Source of the DNA: Ophelia neglecta
Lineage: Eukaryota
DNA: 64,000 nucleotides
Direction: 5' to 3'
Assembly: GCA_965285935.1 (NCBI GenBank)
Contig: OZ260662.1
Span: 118,234,001-118,298,000 of the forward strand
In this document: one piece after another, positions 25,650 through 39,829 of the stretch
Layout of the letters: every line of letters begins with the position of its first letter
How positions within the stretch are numbered: the first letter of the stretch is position 1
Notes under the pieces: generated by a model
Seen by the model: the letters and a program-made list of their open reading frames with translations, nothing else
The model's database searches: none
What the model was told of the DNA's origin: nothing
Program-made: the position numbers and the translations under genes

Positions 25650-26620
25650 TTTCAGTACTTGGGAAATTAATGCAGGAATATGCTGTTAAATATTACACCT
25701 TCAAGCTAGTAAAACTGAAACAATTGGATATAAGTGTGCAGATTTACTTCAAATATTGCTGACACCATTTCATGTACATCAGAAGCTTATAGATGGTGTT
25801 ACGGAGCGTCTCTTACAAGACTGATACACGCCCTATCATGTAAATGTCTACCCAGACACTAAAAGATGACCAGCTTGGAGACACAATGAAAAAGAAGCAA
25901 GGTGTTGGGAGCACTCTATATGATGCCAGAAATCAAACACGGTTGGCTGATTATGATCATTTATTAACCTTGAAAAGAAAATTAGATTAGAAAACCCATT
26001 TATACCAAGAGCTGAGTCTGGAAGTTCTGATGCTGACACGACACAGTGTTCTATGACACCAGTTTGTCCAATTAGCGAAGGGTCTGTTATCAACTAGCAC
26101 CCTAAGATTGGACAATTATGATCAACAAGCATACATATTCAGGAGATATAGCCAGAATATCCTGGACTACCCAAATTTTAGCAAAAATGAAGCCATTCTA
26201 AAATATGATGTCAGAGGTTTGAATCTCAGTTCATGGGAAAATAATTTTCTAGAGAGCATAAAATGGAGTAAAGAGGAAGCTAAACGGGACCAAACAGCAG
26301 CATGCTGGGATACTTTGGTAGACAAGAAAGCCCAGCCGCCTTAATGTTCTGCAGCCACGCTCTTTTGTCACCGTGTTTCTCCGCGAAATATCTACTGAAA
26401 AATAGAAAGGATGCTGCTTTGTCCCGGTAGCTGCGTTCCAAAAAATCATTTTCAAGGTAGTATTGTCGCTGAAATAATGTCCGCCTTGCATGGCACACAA
26501 TGTATGGCAGTGATGAACAATGTAAATAAGGTTTTCTACAAGCCTCTAGGAATACTCATCAATATCAGAGAAAACCCGAGTTTTCTAATGTTTTTGCTTC
26601 TTTAAAATGGCGTCCTCAGT
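25650..26620 (+). pseudogene. Decayed SWIM-YqaJ (lambda-exonuclease-like) gene, type 1, ISL2EU-like transposon accessory gene
   Basis: Motifs in the expected order across frameshifts: KLKQLD, ISCTSEAYRW (~25770), KKKQGVGSTLYDAR (~25890), SEGSVIN (~26075), WENNFLESIKWSKEEAKRDQ, SALHG, KPLGILINIRENPSFL (~26540; cf. PCGLVIHPxxPWLG). The 3' half recurs at ~40430-41090, 45210-45870 and 53205-53790, and partly at 35650-35910 and 48840-49095. Confidence 0.6.
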
Positions 26621-27524
26621 CATTTAAATTGATCTTGGAACTCAACTTCAAACAAATACATTCAAACAAATACATGAATTCGCCGGTTTTCTTGCCTGCC
26701 ACGGCTGCGTCAAGAAAATCATTGACTATAGAAGACAACTTATTTCTTTGTAGTCTTGTAACAGAAACCGTTAGGAGCTAAAACCCCAGGGAGATCGTGG
26801 CCAGTGGATTAAACTAAAAATAAGGTGACGAGGTATCGCGAGAGCGATGCCGTTTCTTCCACAAGTTCCTCAGGACGCCCGACCACATATATTCTCTTTG
26901 TTCCCATAATGTCGGCTTTACAATATCAGAAGACACCCGCTCATAGTTCTGAAGCCTGGCTGAAAAAATTGAGAGGACCCACTCGTCTTGGTTGATACTG
27001 ATGGATACAAGATACACTCAGACCGTTTCGGATGTGATCAAATATCTTAGATATTGAAGAAGGACCATTTGATACGAGGGCAAAACAAACGCATACTCGT
27101 CCTTGATATTTACACTTAAACGTGGTACCGAAATACAATGGTAAGAGTCGGCTTTGATGATATTGTTTGTACCGAAGGGTCATCAGCTACATCTAAGCTT
27201 AGCGATGTAACTGTATCTCTATAAGCGCCATCTTTGGATAAAAATAAATTCTGGTAATGACACACTCCTTCACTTCCTTTGCTGATTCCAGGCTGGTTAA
27301 GAACATTTTATCTCTCCAGGAACCTTTTGCCATATCAAAGAAGAGAAACTTTAGATATGAGTCTAAAGTTTGACATATGGACGGCCGCTGGCATAGAGCA
27401 ATGCTTAAAGTTTCCACTGCAATCTTGCTTTCAATCAATGACCTGGAACACATGTTAAAATTAGTCATTAACTAACTCTGGCCTTTTAATGTAAATAAGG
27501 TGCAGTGTAGTGCAGTGGATATAA

Positions 27525-29650
27525 GTCTTTTACAAGTCGACAGGATACACGAAAGTTGATAATAGACACGAGGAAATAATTTACCCCACAATTCAATTAC
27601 TTGAAGAAAAAATGGGTCACCAGGCTATTTTTTCTATTAATCAAAACCTATGGTAAAGATAGATGAACCACGAATTAACTAATTAAAAGTACTTCTGGCT
27701 ATTCCTTGATTATCCTAAGTCATTGTTTACAAGAAATACCCTGGCTCTTTAGGTGAGACTTCAGTTTATTGCCTCATTTAAACTATGAACACAATTTTAC
27801 CGATGCATTTTTATAATTTTAACTAAATGTGAGGGGCCAATATGTCTAATTTGGTGGGCTGACCTATGAGAAATGATATTTAGGTTTATTGACAAAACAT
27901 TTTTCAAATAAAGGTCTTCATGCTATGTGTCTACCTGTAAATGACCAAATAAGTTTCGGCTGTTCTAAATTGTTTTAACAATATCATGAAAGCATGGGAG
28001 AATCCTCCCTTAAGGCAAGTTTCGCAATCTTTTCTGGTTTATTTAAATGATATTTAGCTTGGAGAATATGCATGTGATCAATAGTGCTGGTAAACTGCCA
28101 TACGGTTGACTATATACTCACACGACCAGCGATGACTATGGCGTTACAATGATCCTTAGAATAACACAAGCGCCTGTATATATAGACACTTATGTCTACA
28201 TCCCATGATGGCAAGATTCGTCAGACTTTTTAAACGAGTTAGCTTAAAACGTGTGATATTCTATATGCGGTCCTCGCGCATGGGGATATGTTAGAGTGGC
28301 CATGCGAACGGCTGCCATGCAAACCATGAGTTTTTCGTGACTGGTCACCCTAAAAAACATCGTCCACACAAACACCATGCCCTGTTCTTCCAAGCAAAGA
28401 AGCCGGTAATATTTATTTTACTGATTAAAGCGGCTTATAAATTTTCCTAATCATTATTAGAGAACAAAACGACTCGACTGACACACTGCTCTAGCTGTGT
28501 CCACAGTGCGTCAAAGGTGACTAGCAGCAAAAAAGGAATGAATAAAAGGTTCGACGCTATTCGACAGAAGGACACGATCGACTTTATAGTGAGTATGTTT
28601 TATTCCTGTATCCATGACAATGTCCAGGTTGAGGGTAAGTTCATGTTATCCAAGTTAATGGTAAAATTTCAATATCCAATGATCAATTTTTTAGCGTCAT
28701 AGCATGTATTTGAATAAGAATACCATATGTTCAACTTTCTGATATATCAATCAACATTAGGCAGCTTAAGCCGAAGATATGTGGGAGAAAATGCCACCTT
28801 TCTCTGAAATAGCCTTAATTTCAAATTTGATTGGTCGCTGTATGTGAAGACAGTGACGGTAGCGCTGTGATACACTTGAAAAACATATCATGAATATATC
28901 ATCGCGGAGAATAACGAAGAAAAATGTAAAAGTGTTTTTTGATTTGAACACAAAAGGCTTTGGATTTTCATTTATAAATGAAACCTATAAAAACACAGGA
29001 ACTTACAGTTGTAAGCAGCTAGGGCGAAAAGCAATACTTGGCATCATATTTGCTCAAGCTATTTGTATAACTTCCTTTATTATACCTCAATCCCATATTT
29101 AAATATATTACGTGTAGTTTTGATTGCATAATGAGCAGACACAGAGCCCCAGTCAGTTTAAACGATAAAAGAATGAATACGCCCGACCGCCAATGAAGTC
29201 CACGACGAATGAACCCATCATTATAATACCAGTTTGTTTATAAGTTGAGAAGTTTAAAGTCACCCCGGAATTAACATGTGTAACGGATACTTTTTGAAGC
29301 AGGTATAATCGATATTGCTGTTTATGTTCAAACTCTTGATTTACCAAATTATGGTTTTTAATACTGCATTGGTTCACAGCATTGCTGAGGCCATGAACAA
29401 TGGAATGTATAAACAACATAATTGATCAGTAATTGGAGAACAAAATAATGAAATGTGAAGTAGTAAACACCCTAAAAGATGCATTGTTATGCGGGGTAAA
29501 AGGCTAGAACCGGTGAATCATCTTCCGCGCTGCACTGCGGTACTGCGGTGCTTTCTTGACGTGCAGTGGCCATGTGTTACGAGTTATGCGTTTGTTCAAC
29601 GATCAAAGAAACAATGTACAAATTAAAACAATGGAAGGATGAACATTAGC
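27525..29650 (-). mobile_element. Decayed ISL2EU-like transposase copy (C-terminal ERA segment absent)
   Basis: Same modules as 37430-39810: PGD ~27615, TY..Y..HNMK ~27935, YTGF ~28405, THAP-like ~29450-29540. Confidence 0.6.
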
Positions 29651-30944
29651 TTTATATGTTTGTATTTGAGGCTTATTTGTTACTTTGAGATTATACATAT
29701 TTTGTTCAGGCTATTCATTTTTCAAATGTTCCATACCATTTACGCGGACATTTTGGTATCATGTGATCAGTGCCTGTATCGTTAAACGTAAGTGTTACAT
29801 TGGCTCAGTATGGTGGCAATATCCCTTTACTGAATTGTTTGACATCATTAGAGAAATAGAACTAGCTTTTATATATCTCACAATAGAATACTACATTACA
29901 CATTATGTACTTTGGATTTCATGTTACTTTAAACATTTAATTAGAATTTTACCACACATGGCTATAAGTATACTACATTTCAAAGAAATACATGAATTAG
30001 CCGGATGAACCACTACACGCTGTGGTATCTTGAACCACTGCAGGTTTCTTACCTGCCATGCCTGCGGCAGGAAAACCATTGACTAAATGGGTCACGCATG
30101 CCCAGTGATGGTTCAGGCAGACCCGCTACTTAACCAATGTACACAAAATAGATGGAAATATGCCTCTTTATCAGATTATTGCCCTTGGCAGACGACGCTC
30201 GTGTTGGTTCGTCCTAAGGTGCTACAGAAGACAACTTATTTCTTTGTAGTTTTAAAACGGGAACCGTTAGGAGCTTTAACCCAGGGAGAAAGTAGCCAGC
30301 TGATGAAACTAGAAATAAAATGACGAGTTTTCACGAGAGCGATGACAATTCTTCAACAAGTTCCTCAGGAAGCCCTACCACATATATTCTCTTTGTACCC
30401 CTAATGTCGGCTTCACAATATCCGATGGCACCCGATCACAGTGCTGAAAGCATGATTGGAAATTGAGGGGACCCACTTGCCTTGGTTGATACTGATGGAT
30501 ACGAGATCCCCTTAGATCAAATCGGATGTGATAAAAAATCTAGGATATTTACACTTAAATGTGGTGCCGTTCGAAACAATGGTAAGAGTCGGCTTTCACG
30601 ATAGTGTTTGTACCGAAGGGTCATCAGCTACATCTAAGCTTAGCGATGTAACTGCATCTCGACAAACGCCATCTTTGGATAAAAATAAATTCCTTTAATG
30701 ACACACTCCTTCACTTCCTTTGCAGAATTCATGTTGGATAAACACATGTTAGTTATGAAACTTTATACTTGTGTCATATGAACTGCCGCAGGTATTGATC
30801 TAATAGAGCAATGCTTAAAGTTTCCACTGCAATCTTGCATTCAATCAGTGGCCTGGAACACATGATAAAATTAAACTAAAATGTATTGATTCGTATCTAA
30901 TGTATTGATTTAACATAAAATAGTACGGATATTATACTAAAATA

Positions 30945-33900
30945 GAGTGACACCGATGAAGCATTGAAATGGAAATCTTTAACAGGATATGTTTAAAATG
31001 TCGAACAAGTATAACCAGTAGCTGTTTCCAAGGCAAATTTAGATTATGTAGCCCAGAAACTAATTATCTCCTAACTTAAGGTAACTGACTCCCATGCTTT
31101 TATGACATAGAACAACTGTTTAAAACAATTGATATTATTTAGTCTTTTACAAGTAGACAGGATACTCGAAACCTTTATTGGAAATTTATTTATAAATAGG
31201 TCTTTAACCTTGAAGGGCGTTTCTCAGGGCCGTGAGGTTTAATTGTGATCTTGACATGAGGCAATTAGATTACACCATAAATTAAATTCGTTGAAAAAAT
31301 GGGTCACCAGGCTATTTTTCCAATAATCAAAACCTTTCGTAAAGATGAGATAAATGAGCCACGACTCAACTAATTAACGGTAGTTTTGGCTATTCCTTAT
31401 TTTCCTAAGTCAGTGTTTACTAGGGCAACCCTGGCTCTTTCGGTGAGGCTTCATCTTATTGCCTCGTTTAAACTATTTAAACAATTTTACCGATGCATTT
31501 TTAAATTTGACTAAAAAATGGACCAATATGTCTATTTTGGGGCGATGACCTATGAGAAAAATGATATTTAGGTTTATGGACACAAATTTTTTCAAATAAA
31601 GGTCTTCATGTTATGTGTCTACCTGTAAATGACCAAATAAGTTTCGGCTGTTCTAAATTGTTATCCCTATATCATGAAAACATGGGAGAATCCTTCCTTA
31701 AGGCAAGTTTCGCTATCTCTTCTGGTTTATTTAAATGATAATTAGAAGAAAATCGACATGTGATCTAATAGCGCTGGAGGACTGCAATACAGCATACTAT
31801 ATACTCACACGACCAGCGATGACTATGGCGTTACAATGATTCTTAGAATAACACAAGCGCCTGTATATATGGACACTAATGCCCACATCCCATGATAGCA
31901 AGGTTCGTTAGACTTTTAAACGAGTTTGCTTAAAACGTGTGTTATTCTATATGCGGTCCTCGCGCATGGTGATATGTAAGAGTGGCCATGCGAACGGCTG
32001 CCATGCAAACCATGAGCTTATCTTGCCTTGTCGCCCTAAAAACATCGTCTACACCCACACCATGCCCTGTTCTTCCCAGCCAAGAAGCCGGTAATATTTA
32101 TTATACTCATAAAAGCGGCTTATAAATTTTCCTGATCATTATTAGGGAACAAAATGACTTGACTGACACACAGCTCTAGCTGTGTCCACGGTGCGTCAAA
32201 GGTGTCTTACAGCAACAAGGGAATGAATAAACGGTTCGACGCTATTCGACAGAAGGACACGATCGACTTTATAGTGAGTATGTTTTATTCCTGTATCAAT
32301 GACCACTTCATTGTTACCAGGAGAGTCCAGGTGGAGGGTAAGTTCATGTTATCCAAGTTAATGGTAAAATTTCAATATCCAATAATCAATTCTTTAGCGT
32401 CATAGCATGTATTTGAATGAGAAAAGCATATGTTCAACTTCCTGATATATCAATCAACATAAGGCAGCTTAGGCCGAAGTTATGTTGGAGAAAATGCCAC
32501 TTTTCTGTGGCATAGTCTTGGTTTCAAGTTTAATAGGCCGCTTGTATGTGAAGACAGTGACGGTTACGCTCTGTTACACTTGAAAAACATATCATGAAAA
32601 TATCATCGCGGAGAATAACGAAGAAAAATATAAAAGTGGTTTTTAATTTGGACACAAAAGGCTTATGATTTTCATTTATAATAAGAGTTTTTCGTGACTG
32701 GTCACCCTAAAAAACACCGTCCACACCCACACCATGCCCTGTTCTTCCAAGCGAAGAAGCCGGTTATATTAATATTAATATTAATACGGCTTATAAAATT
32801 TTCATGATCATCATTAGAGAACAAAACGACTTGACTGACACACTGCTCTAGCTGTGTCCACGGTGCGTCAAAGGTGACTTGCAGCAACAAGGGAATGAAT
32901 AAACGGTTCGACGCTATTCGACAGAAGGACACGATCGACTTTATAGTGAGAATGCTTTATTCCTGTATCTATGATAATGTCATTGTTACCAGGAGAGTCC
33001 TGGTTGAGGGTAAGTTCATGTTTTCTGTTATCAAGTTAATGGTAAAATTTCAATATCCAATTATCAATTTTTTATGTCATAGCATGTATTTGAATAAGAA
33101 TAACAAATGTTCAACTTTCTGATACATATATCAACATTAGGCAGCTTAAGCCGAAGTTATGTGGGAAAAATACCAATTTGCTCTGGGTAATCTGTGACTT
33201 CAAGTTAAATTGGCCGCTTGTATGTGAAGACTGTGACGGTTATGCTCTGTTACACTTGAAAACATATCATGAAAATATCATCGCGGACAATGACGAAGAA
33301 AAATGTAAAAGTGGTTTTTGATATGAACACAAAAGGCTTTGGAATTTCATTTATAAATGTAACCTAACAAAACACAGGAACTTACAGTTGTAAACAGCTA
33401 GGACGAAAAGCAATACTTGGCATCATATTCACCAAAGCTATTTGTATAACTTCCTTTATTATACCTCAATCCCATATTTAAATAGATTATGTGTAGTTTT
33501 GATTGCATAATGAGCAGACACAGAGCCACAGTCAGTTTAAACGATAAAAGAATGAATACGCCCGACCGCCAAGGATGTACATTTGGCATCGAAGTGGATC
33601 AAAGAATGCAACCACGACGAATGTACCCATCATTATAATACCAGTTTGTTTATAAGTTGAGAAGTTTAAAGTCACCCCGGAATTAAAATGAGCAACGGAT
33701 ACTTTTTGCCGCAGGTATAATCGATTTTGCTGTTTATGTTCACACTCTTGATTTAACAAATTATGGTTTTTAATACTACATTTTTCACGGCATTGCTGAG
33801 GCCATGAACAATGGAATGTACAAACAACATAGTTGATCAGTAATTGGAGAACTAAATAATGAAATGTGACATAAGACCACCCTAAAAGATGCATCGTTAT

Positions 33901-34060
33901 GCGGGGTAAGAGGCTAGAACCGGTTAATCATCTTCCGCGCTGCACTGCGGTACTGCGGTGCTTGTTTGACGTGCAGTGGCCATGTGTTACGAGTTATGCG
34001 TTTGTTCAACGATCAAAGAAACAATGTACAAATTAATACAATGGAAGGATGAACATCTGC
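30945..34060 (-). mobile_element. Decayed transposase copy with an internal restart/duplication at ~32685
   Basis: Core at 30945-32680, then the YTGF-containing module repeats from ~32685 and continues to the THAP-like module at ~33870-33950. Confidence 0.58.
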
Positions 34061-34559
34061 TTTATATGTCAGGTTGTTTTTGAAGTTATTTGTTTCTTTG
34101 AGATTATACTTAATTCTAATAATTTGTCCAGGCTATTTATTTTTCAAATGTTCAATACCATTAACGAGGACATTTTGGTATCACGTGATCAGTGCCAGTT
34201 TCGTTTAACGTAAGCGATACATTGGCTCAGTATGGTGGCAATATCCCCTTAATGAATTGTTTTATAACATAAGAGAAATAGTACTAACTTTTATATATGT
34301 CATATTAGAATACTATATTACACATTATGTACTTCGGATATGATGTCACTTTTAACATTTAAATATATATGAATGTTAAGCGGATACGTTTCTTCACTGT
34401 AAGTTTGTTAATTTCTTTTTTGTCGCAGCTTTAAGGCCATTAATTCTTCACTATGATTCTGTCTGAGGTATTTGTTCTGCACTTCATATCAATAGTTTTT
34501 CTTATTGCCTGACCTATTAGAACATTGTAAACCCACTGAAACACTTGGTTGACTTGATG

Positions 34560-35400
34560 TGGGTAGCCCTTCGTCTCGTACTGACATATGTAAATGGACT
34601 TTATTGCTCCATTTAATTGATAAGATATCATAGTAACTATGTTCTTTTAATGATAGTTTTTCATATTCACACAAACTCACCGCCTGTATTTTAGCAGGTA
34701 AATACATAAGAGCAACCTGCAACATTTAACAAAGGGTTATGGCTACCGTCAGTGTGAATAAACAATTCGCTACGACCCTTTTATTATCCCTCGGAGTGGG
34801 ATGGAGGGGGAAAGGTAAATAGATAATAAAAAAATGAAGGGGTTGTATTATAAAGTGTTTACTAGATAACGGTTGTGTGCTTAATTATTTGAAGGCTATT
34901 CGAATTAGGATTAACTTAACCACGATCATACAGTGGAAAAAAATAGGTTTCAAATCAAATGCCATACTCGTGTTGGCTTGGAAACATACTGAAGCATTTG
35001 GTATATTCGATTGACATGCTTATTCATATTTTGAGTAATGTATCTACAGCATCATGTAGTAAAGAGAAATTGTAATGTGAAATACAAGAAATTTATAAGC
35101 ATATATACTTTTTTAAGGTCAAGTCTTCTAATTCGAATCGTGTACAAACAAGGCCTCTGATGTACGCGGTGCGAAATGTGGAAGGAATATCAGGTCCATT
35201 GTTCTCAGATGGACAAGGGTCAATAGTTTATATTGACTTGACAGCCAAAAGGAGTAGATGTGCAGGTCGGTCGCGTGTCAGAAACATGGTGAAGGTAATT
35301 GATTAATAGTCTTTGTTTTTATGAGATACGCCAATTAAACTTAATACAAAATATTGCTGTGTCGTGCCCTGTTGCTAAAATAGATTTCATTTAAAACAAA
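34560..35400 (-). pseudogene. Decayed SWIM-YqaJ gene, type 3, inverted relative to types 1 and 2 (copy 1)
   Basis: Minus strand, in order: RPTCTST (~35260), QANT.WH (~34965), SELFIH-TDG (~34745-34771), LQV-CSY (~34710; cf. LEVKCPY), KLSLKEHSYY (~34630-34660; cf. LKxxHxYYxQ). Confidence 0.5.
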
Positions 35401-37429
35401 TATGTTTATTATATATAGTACTAAGCCAGTACAACTATATCATAATCACATATTAACTTTGCTTCCCAACACAATAAATTTCAGATTCAAGGGAAATAAA
35501 GGGAATGTACCGGCAAAAATACAAATGCTGTGTAATTGATTGGAATATGGACTAGAAGTGTTGATAAGAATGATAGACAACACATATCTATGTACAATCA
35601 ACTAGATTATATCGGTTGCTACTGAATACTGGAAGCCGTGTCATCAGTACAAGTAAAAATAGAAAGGATGTCGTTTTGTCCCGGTAGGTGCGTTCCAAAG
35701 AAAAACATTTTCAAGTTAGAATTGGGGCTGAAATAATGTTCGCCTAGCTTGGCACACAATGTATGGCAGTGATGAAAGGCGTCTTGCAATGTCAATAAAG
35801 TTTTTAACAAGCCTCTAGGAATACTCATCAATATCAGAGAAAACCCTGGTTTTCTCATGTAATTGCATTTTTAAAATGGAGTCGTTTGTCAGGCGAAATA
35901 ATGTCGACGGAGAGCAATTCTCCTTCCAGAGTCCAATAAATAAATAGTTAATTAAGCATTTTATTTCTATCTTTGCAAATAATTTATCTTTTAAATTTTT
36001 CTTTGAATTTAACTTAAAACAAATACAGGAATTCGCCGGTTTTCTTGCCTGTCACGGCTGCGTCAAGGCAATCATTGACTAAGTGGGTCACGCATGCCAA
36101 GTGATGGTTCATGCAGACCCGCTACTTAACGAATGTACACAAAATAAATGGCGATACACCTCATGATCAGATTGTTGCCCTTGTTCGCCGCTCGGTCGCG
36201 AAGATTCATCAAGTTACCGCCCACAGATATGCATAGGGAGTATTGTAGTAATATACCAATTAGAACAGTAACTTCCTGTGCTTGCAGGACGCAGAGCTAT
36301 ATATAATAAAGAGACAGGGCATGTCGCATAAACTTTTGGAGTATAAGCTTCTGGGGCAGACGAGTTAGTTAATACGTTGGTCTTTAAGAACAATCTTCAC
36401 TCTGGATTCTAAAGATAATTCAAGTTGGCAGACGACGCTCGAGGTGGTTCTTCCTCAAATGCTACACAAGACTTATTTGTTAGTGGTCCTGGAACGGGAA
36501 CCGTCAGGAGCTAAAACCCCAGGGAGATCGTAGCCAGCCGATGAAACTAGAAATAAATGGACGAGGTATCACGAGAGTGATGCCTATTCTTTCACGAGTT
36601 CCAATGGAAGCCCGACCGCATATATTCTCTTTGTACCTCAAAGCCTGGCAGGAAATTGAGAGGACCCACTTGCCTTGGTTGATACTGATGGGTACGAGAT
36701 ACACTCAGACCATCTTGGATGTGATCAAAAATCTAAGATATTGAAGAAGGACCATTTGATACGAGGGAAAAACAAACGCATACTCGTCCTCGATATTTAC
36801 ACTTAAACGTGGTGCCGAAATACAATGGTAAGAGTCGGTTTTGATGATAGTGTTTGTACCGAAGGGTCATCAGCTACATCTTATCTTAGCGATGTAACTG
36901 CATCTCGTCAAGCGCCAACTTTGGATAGAAAAACAACCCTCCTTCACTACCTTTGCAGAATCCAGGCTGGTTAAGAACATGTTATCTCTCCAGGAACCTT
37001 TTGCCATATAAAAGTAGAGAAACTTTAGATATGAGTCTAAAGTTTGACATATGGACGGCGTGATGTGCAGTAATTTAATAGAGGTCCGCATGGTTTGTAT
37101 GTTGACTGAATTTATCAAATTGTTTGCTTTAGTTCGGTGTAGATCATGTACTTTGATACCATCGAAGAATTCATTCTAGCCTGAACAAGCTTTTCATATG
37201 CCACCATGTGAACTCTTCCCTTAATCTGTCCAACCGCACTGGTGCTTTGTATCTTGCCTTTAAAACAATTCGGAACTTGTCGCTCTACAAAATCGCACAG
37301 CAAATCAGTCAAAACCGTCAGTTTGCGGCGTGAATTCTAGCTATAAAGACAAAATATGTCTTCTTCACTATAATGTATTGAATCGAATCTAATGTATAGA
37401 TTTAACATAAAATGGAACGGATATTGTAC

Positions 37430-39810
37430 TAAAATGTAGTGACACCGATGAAGCATTGGTAGGTTGTCTATAACAGGATATGCTAAAAATGTCGAACAAC
37501 TGATAATACACCAGTGGCTCTTTCCAATGCAAACTTAGTTTATTTGGCCCAGAAATTAATTATCTTGAAACTCGTAACTTAAGGGACTTTTCCCCCTTGC
37601 TTTAATAACATAATTATAATACACAAATTGTGGATATAAGTCTTTTACATGTCGACAGGATACACGAAAGTTGATAATAGACACGAGGAAATAAGTTTAC
37701 CCCACAATTCAAATACTTGAAGATAAAATGGGTCCCCAGGCTATTTTTTCAAATAATCAAAACCTATGTTAAAGGTGAGATAGATGAACCACGAATTAAC
37801 TAATTAAAAGTACTTCTGGCTATTCCTTGATTATCCTAAGTCAGTGTTTACAAGGAATACCCTGGCTCTTTAGGTGAGACTTCATTTTATAGCCTCATGT
37901 AAGCTATGTACACAATTTACCGATGCATTTTTATAACTTTAACTAAAACAGAGGGGCCAATATGTCTTATTTGGGCCGATGACATATGAGAAATGATCTT
38001 TAGGTTTATAGAAACAACATTTTCAAATAAAGGCCTTCATGTTATGTGTCTACCTGTAAGTGACCAAATAAGTTTCGGCTGTTCTAAATTGTTATTCCTA
38101 TATCATGAGAGCATGAGAGAATCCTCCCTTAAGGCAAGTTTCGCTATCTTTTCTGGTTTATTTAAATGATAATTAGCTTAGAGAATCTGCAAGTGATCAA
38201 TAGCGCTGGTAAACTGCCATACAGTTGACTATATACTCACACGACCAGCGATGACTATGGCGTTACAATGATCCTTAAAATAACACAAGCACCTGTATAT
38301 TTAGACACATATGCCCTCATCCCATGATGGGAAGGTTCGTTAGTCTTTTTAAACAAGTTAGCTTAAAACGTGTGTTATTCTATACGCGAACGTATTAAAG
38401 CGGTCCTTACGTATGGTGATATGTAAGAGTGGCCATTCAAACGGCTGCCATGCAAACCATGAGATTTTCTTGCCTTGTCGCCCTAAAAAACATCGTCCAC
38501 ACCCACACCATGCCCTGTTCTTCCCAGCAAAGAAGCCAGTAATATTGATTGTACTCATTAAAACGGTTTGTAAAATATTCCTGATCATTTTTAGAGAACA
38601 AAACGACTTGACTGACAGAATGCTCTGGCTTTGTCCACGGTGCGTCAAAGGTGACTTACAGCAATAATGGAATGAATAAAGGGTTCGACGCTATTCGACA
38701 GAAGGACACAATCGACTTTATAGTGAGTGCGCTTTATTCCTGTATCTATGATAATGTCATTGTTACCAGGAGAGTCCAGGTTGAGGGTAAGTTCATGTTA
38801 TTCAGGTTTATGTTAAAATTGCAATATCCAATTATCAATTTTTTAGCGTCAATTTTATTAATAAGAATACCATATGTTCAACTTTCTGATACATCTATCA
38901 ACATAAGGCAGTTTAAGCCGAAGTTATGTTGGACGAAATACCACTTTTCTGTGGAATATCCTTGACTTCAAGTTTCATAGGCCGCTTGTATGTAAAGACA
39001 GAGACAGTTACACTCCGTTACACTTGAAAAACGTATCATGAACATATCGTCGCGGGGAATACCGAAGAAAAATGTAAAAGTGGTTTTTGATTTGGACACG
39101 AAAGGCATTGGATTTTCATTTATAAATGTAATCTAACAAAACACAGTTGTAAACAGCTAGGACGAAAAGCAATACTTGACATCATATTCACTCACAGTAT
39201 TTGTATAACTTCCTTTATTATACCTCAATCCCATATTTAAATAGATTATGTGTAGTTTTGATTACATAATGACCAGACACAGAGCCACAGTCAGTTTAAA
39301 CGATAAAAGAATGAATACGGCCGACCGCCAATGATGTACATTTGGCATCGAAGTGGATCAAAGAATGCAACCAAGACAAATGAACCCATCATTATAATAC
39401 CAGTTAATAAGTTGAGAACTTTAAAGTAAGAAAATTAAAATGTGCAACGGATACTTTTTGCCGCAGGTATAATCGATATTGCTGTTTATGTTCACACTCT
39501 TGATTTACCAAATTATGGTTATTAATAATACATTTTTCACGGCATTGCTAAGGCCACGAACAATGGAATGTACAAACAACATAGTTGATCAGTAATTGGA
39601 GAACAAAATAATAAAACGTGAATTGGTAAACACCCTAAATGATGCATTGTTATGCGGGCTAAGAGGCTTGAACCGGAGAATCATCTTCCGCGCTGCACTG
39701 CGGTACTGCGGCGCTTGTTTGACGTGCAGTGGCCATGTGTTACGAGTTATGCGTTTGTTCAACGATCAAAGAAACAATGCACAAATTAATACAATGGAAG
39801 GATGAACATC
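37430..39810 (-). mobile_element. Decayed THAP-HTH-DDE_Tnp_4 (ISL2EU/Harbinger-like) transposase, one of the most complete copies
   Basis: Minus-strand motifs in canonical order: THAP-like end AARK..RFKP.....ASFRV...S(H)FI (~39610-39700); Y(Y)TGF (~38535); HTH GRVSI*STVWQFTSAIDH (38192-38248); RNLP; RTAETY..YR*THNMKAFI (38025-38088; cf. AQTYSxYKxHNTxKxLIG); GF...PGD (~37735); GK..LSYE (~37590); LERATG....VRHF*HIL (37475-37527). Confidence 0.65.
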
Positions 39811-39829
39811 AGCTTAATGCGTTAGTTTG

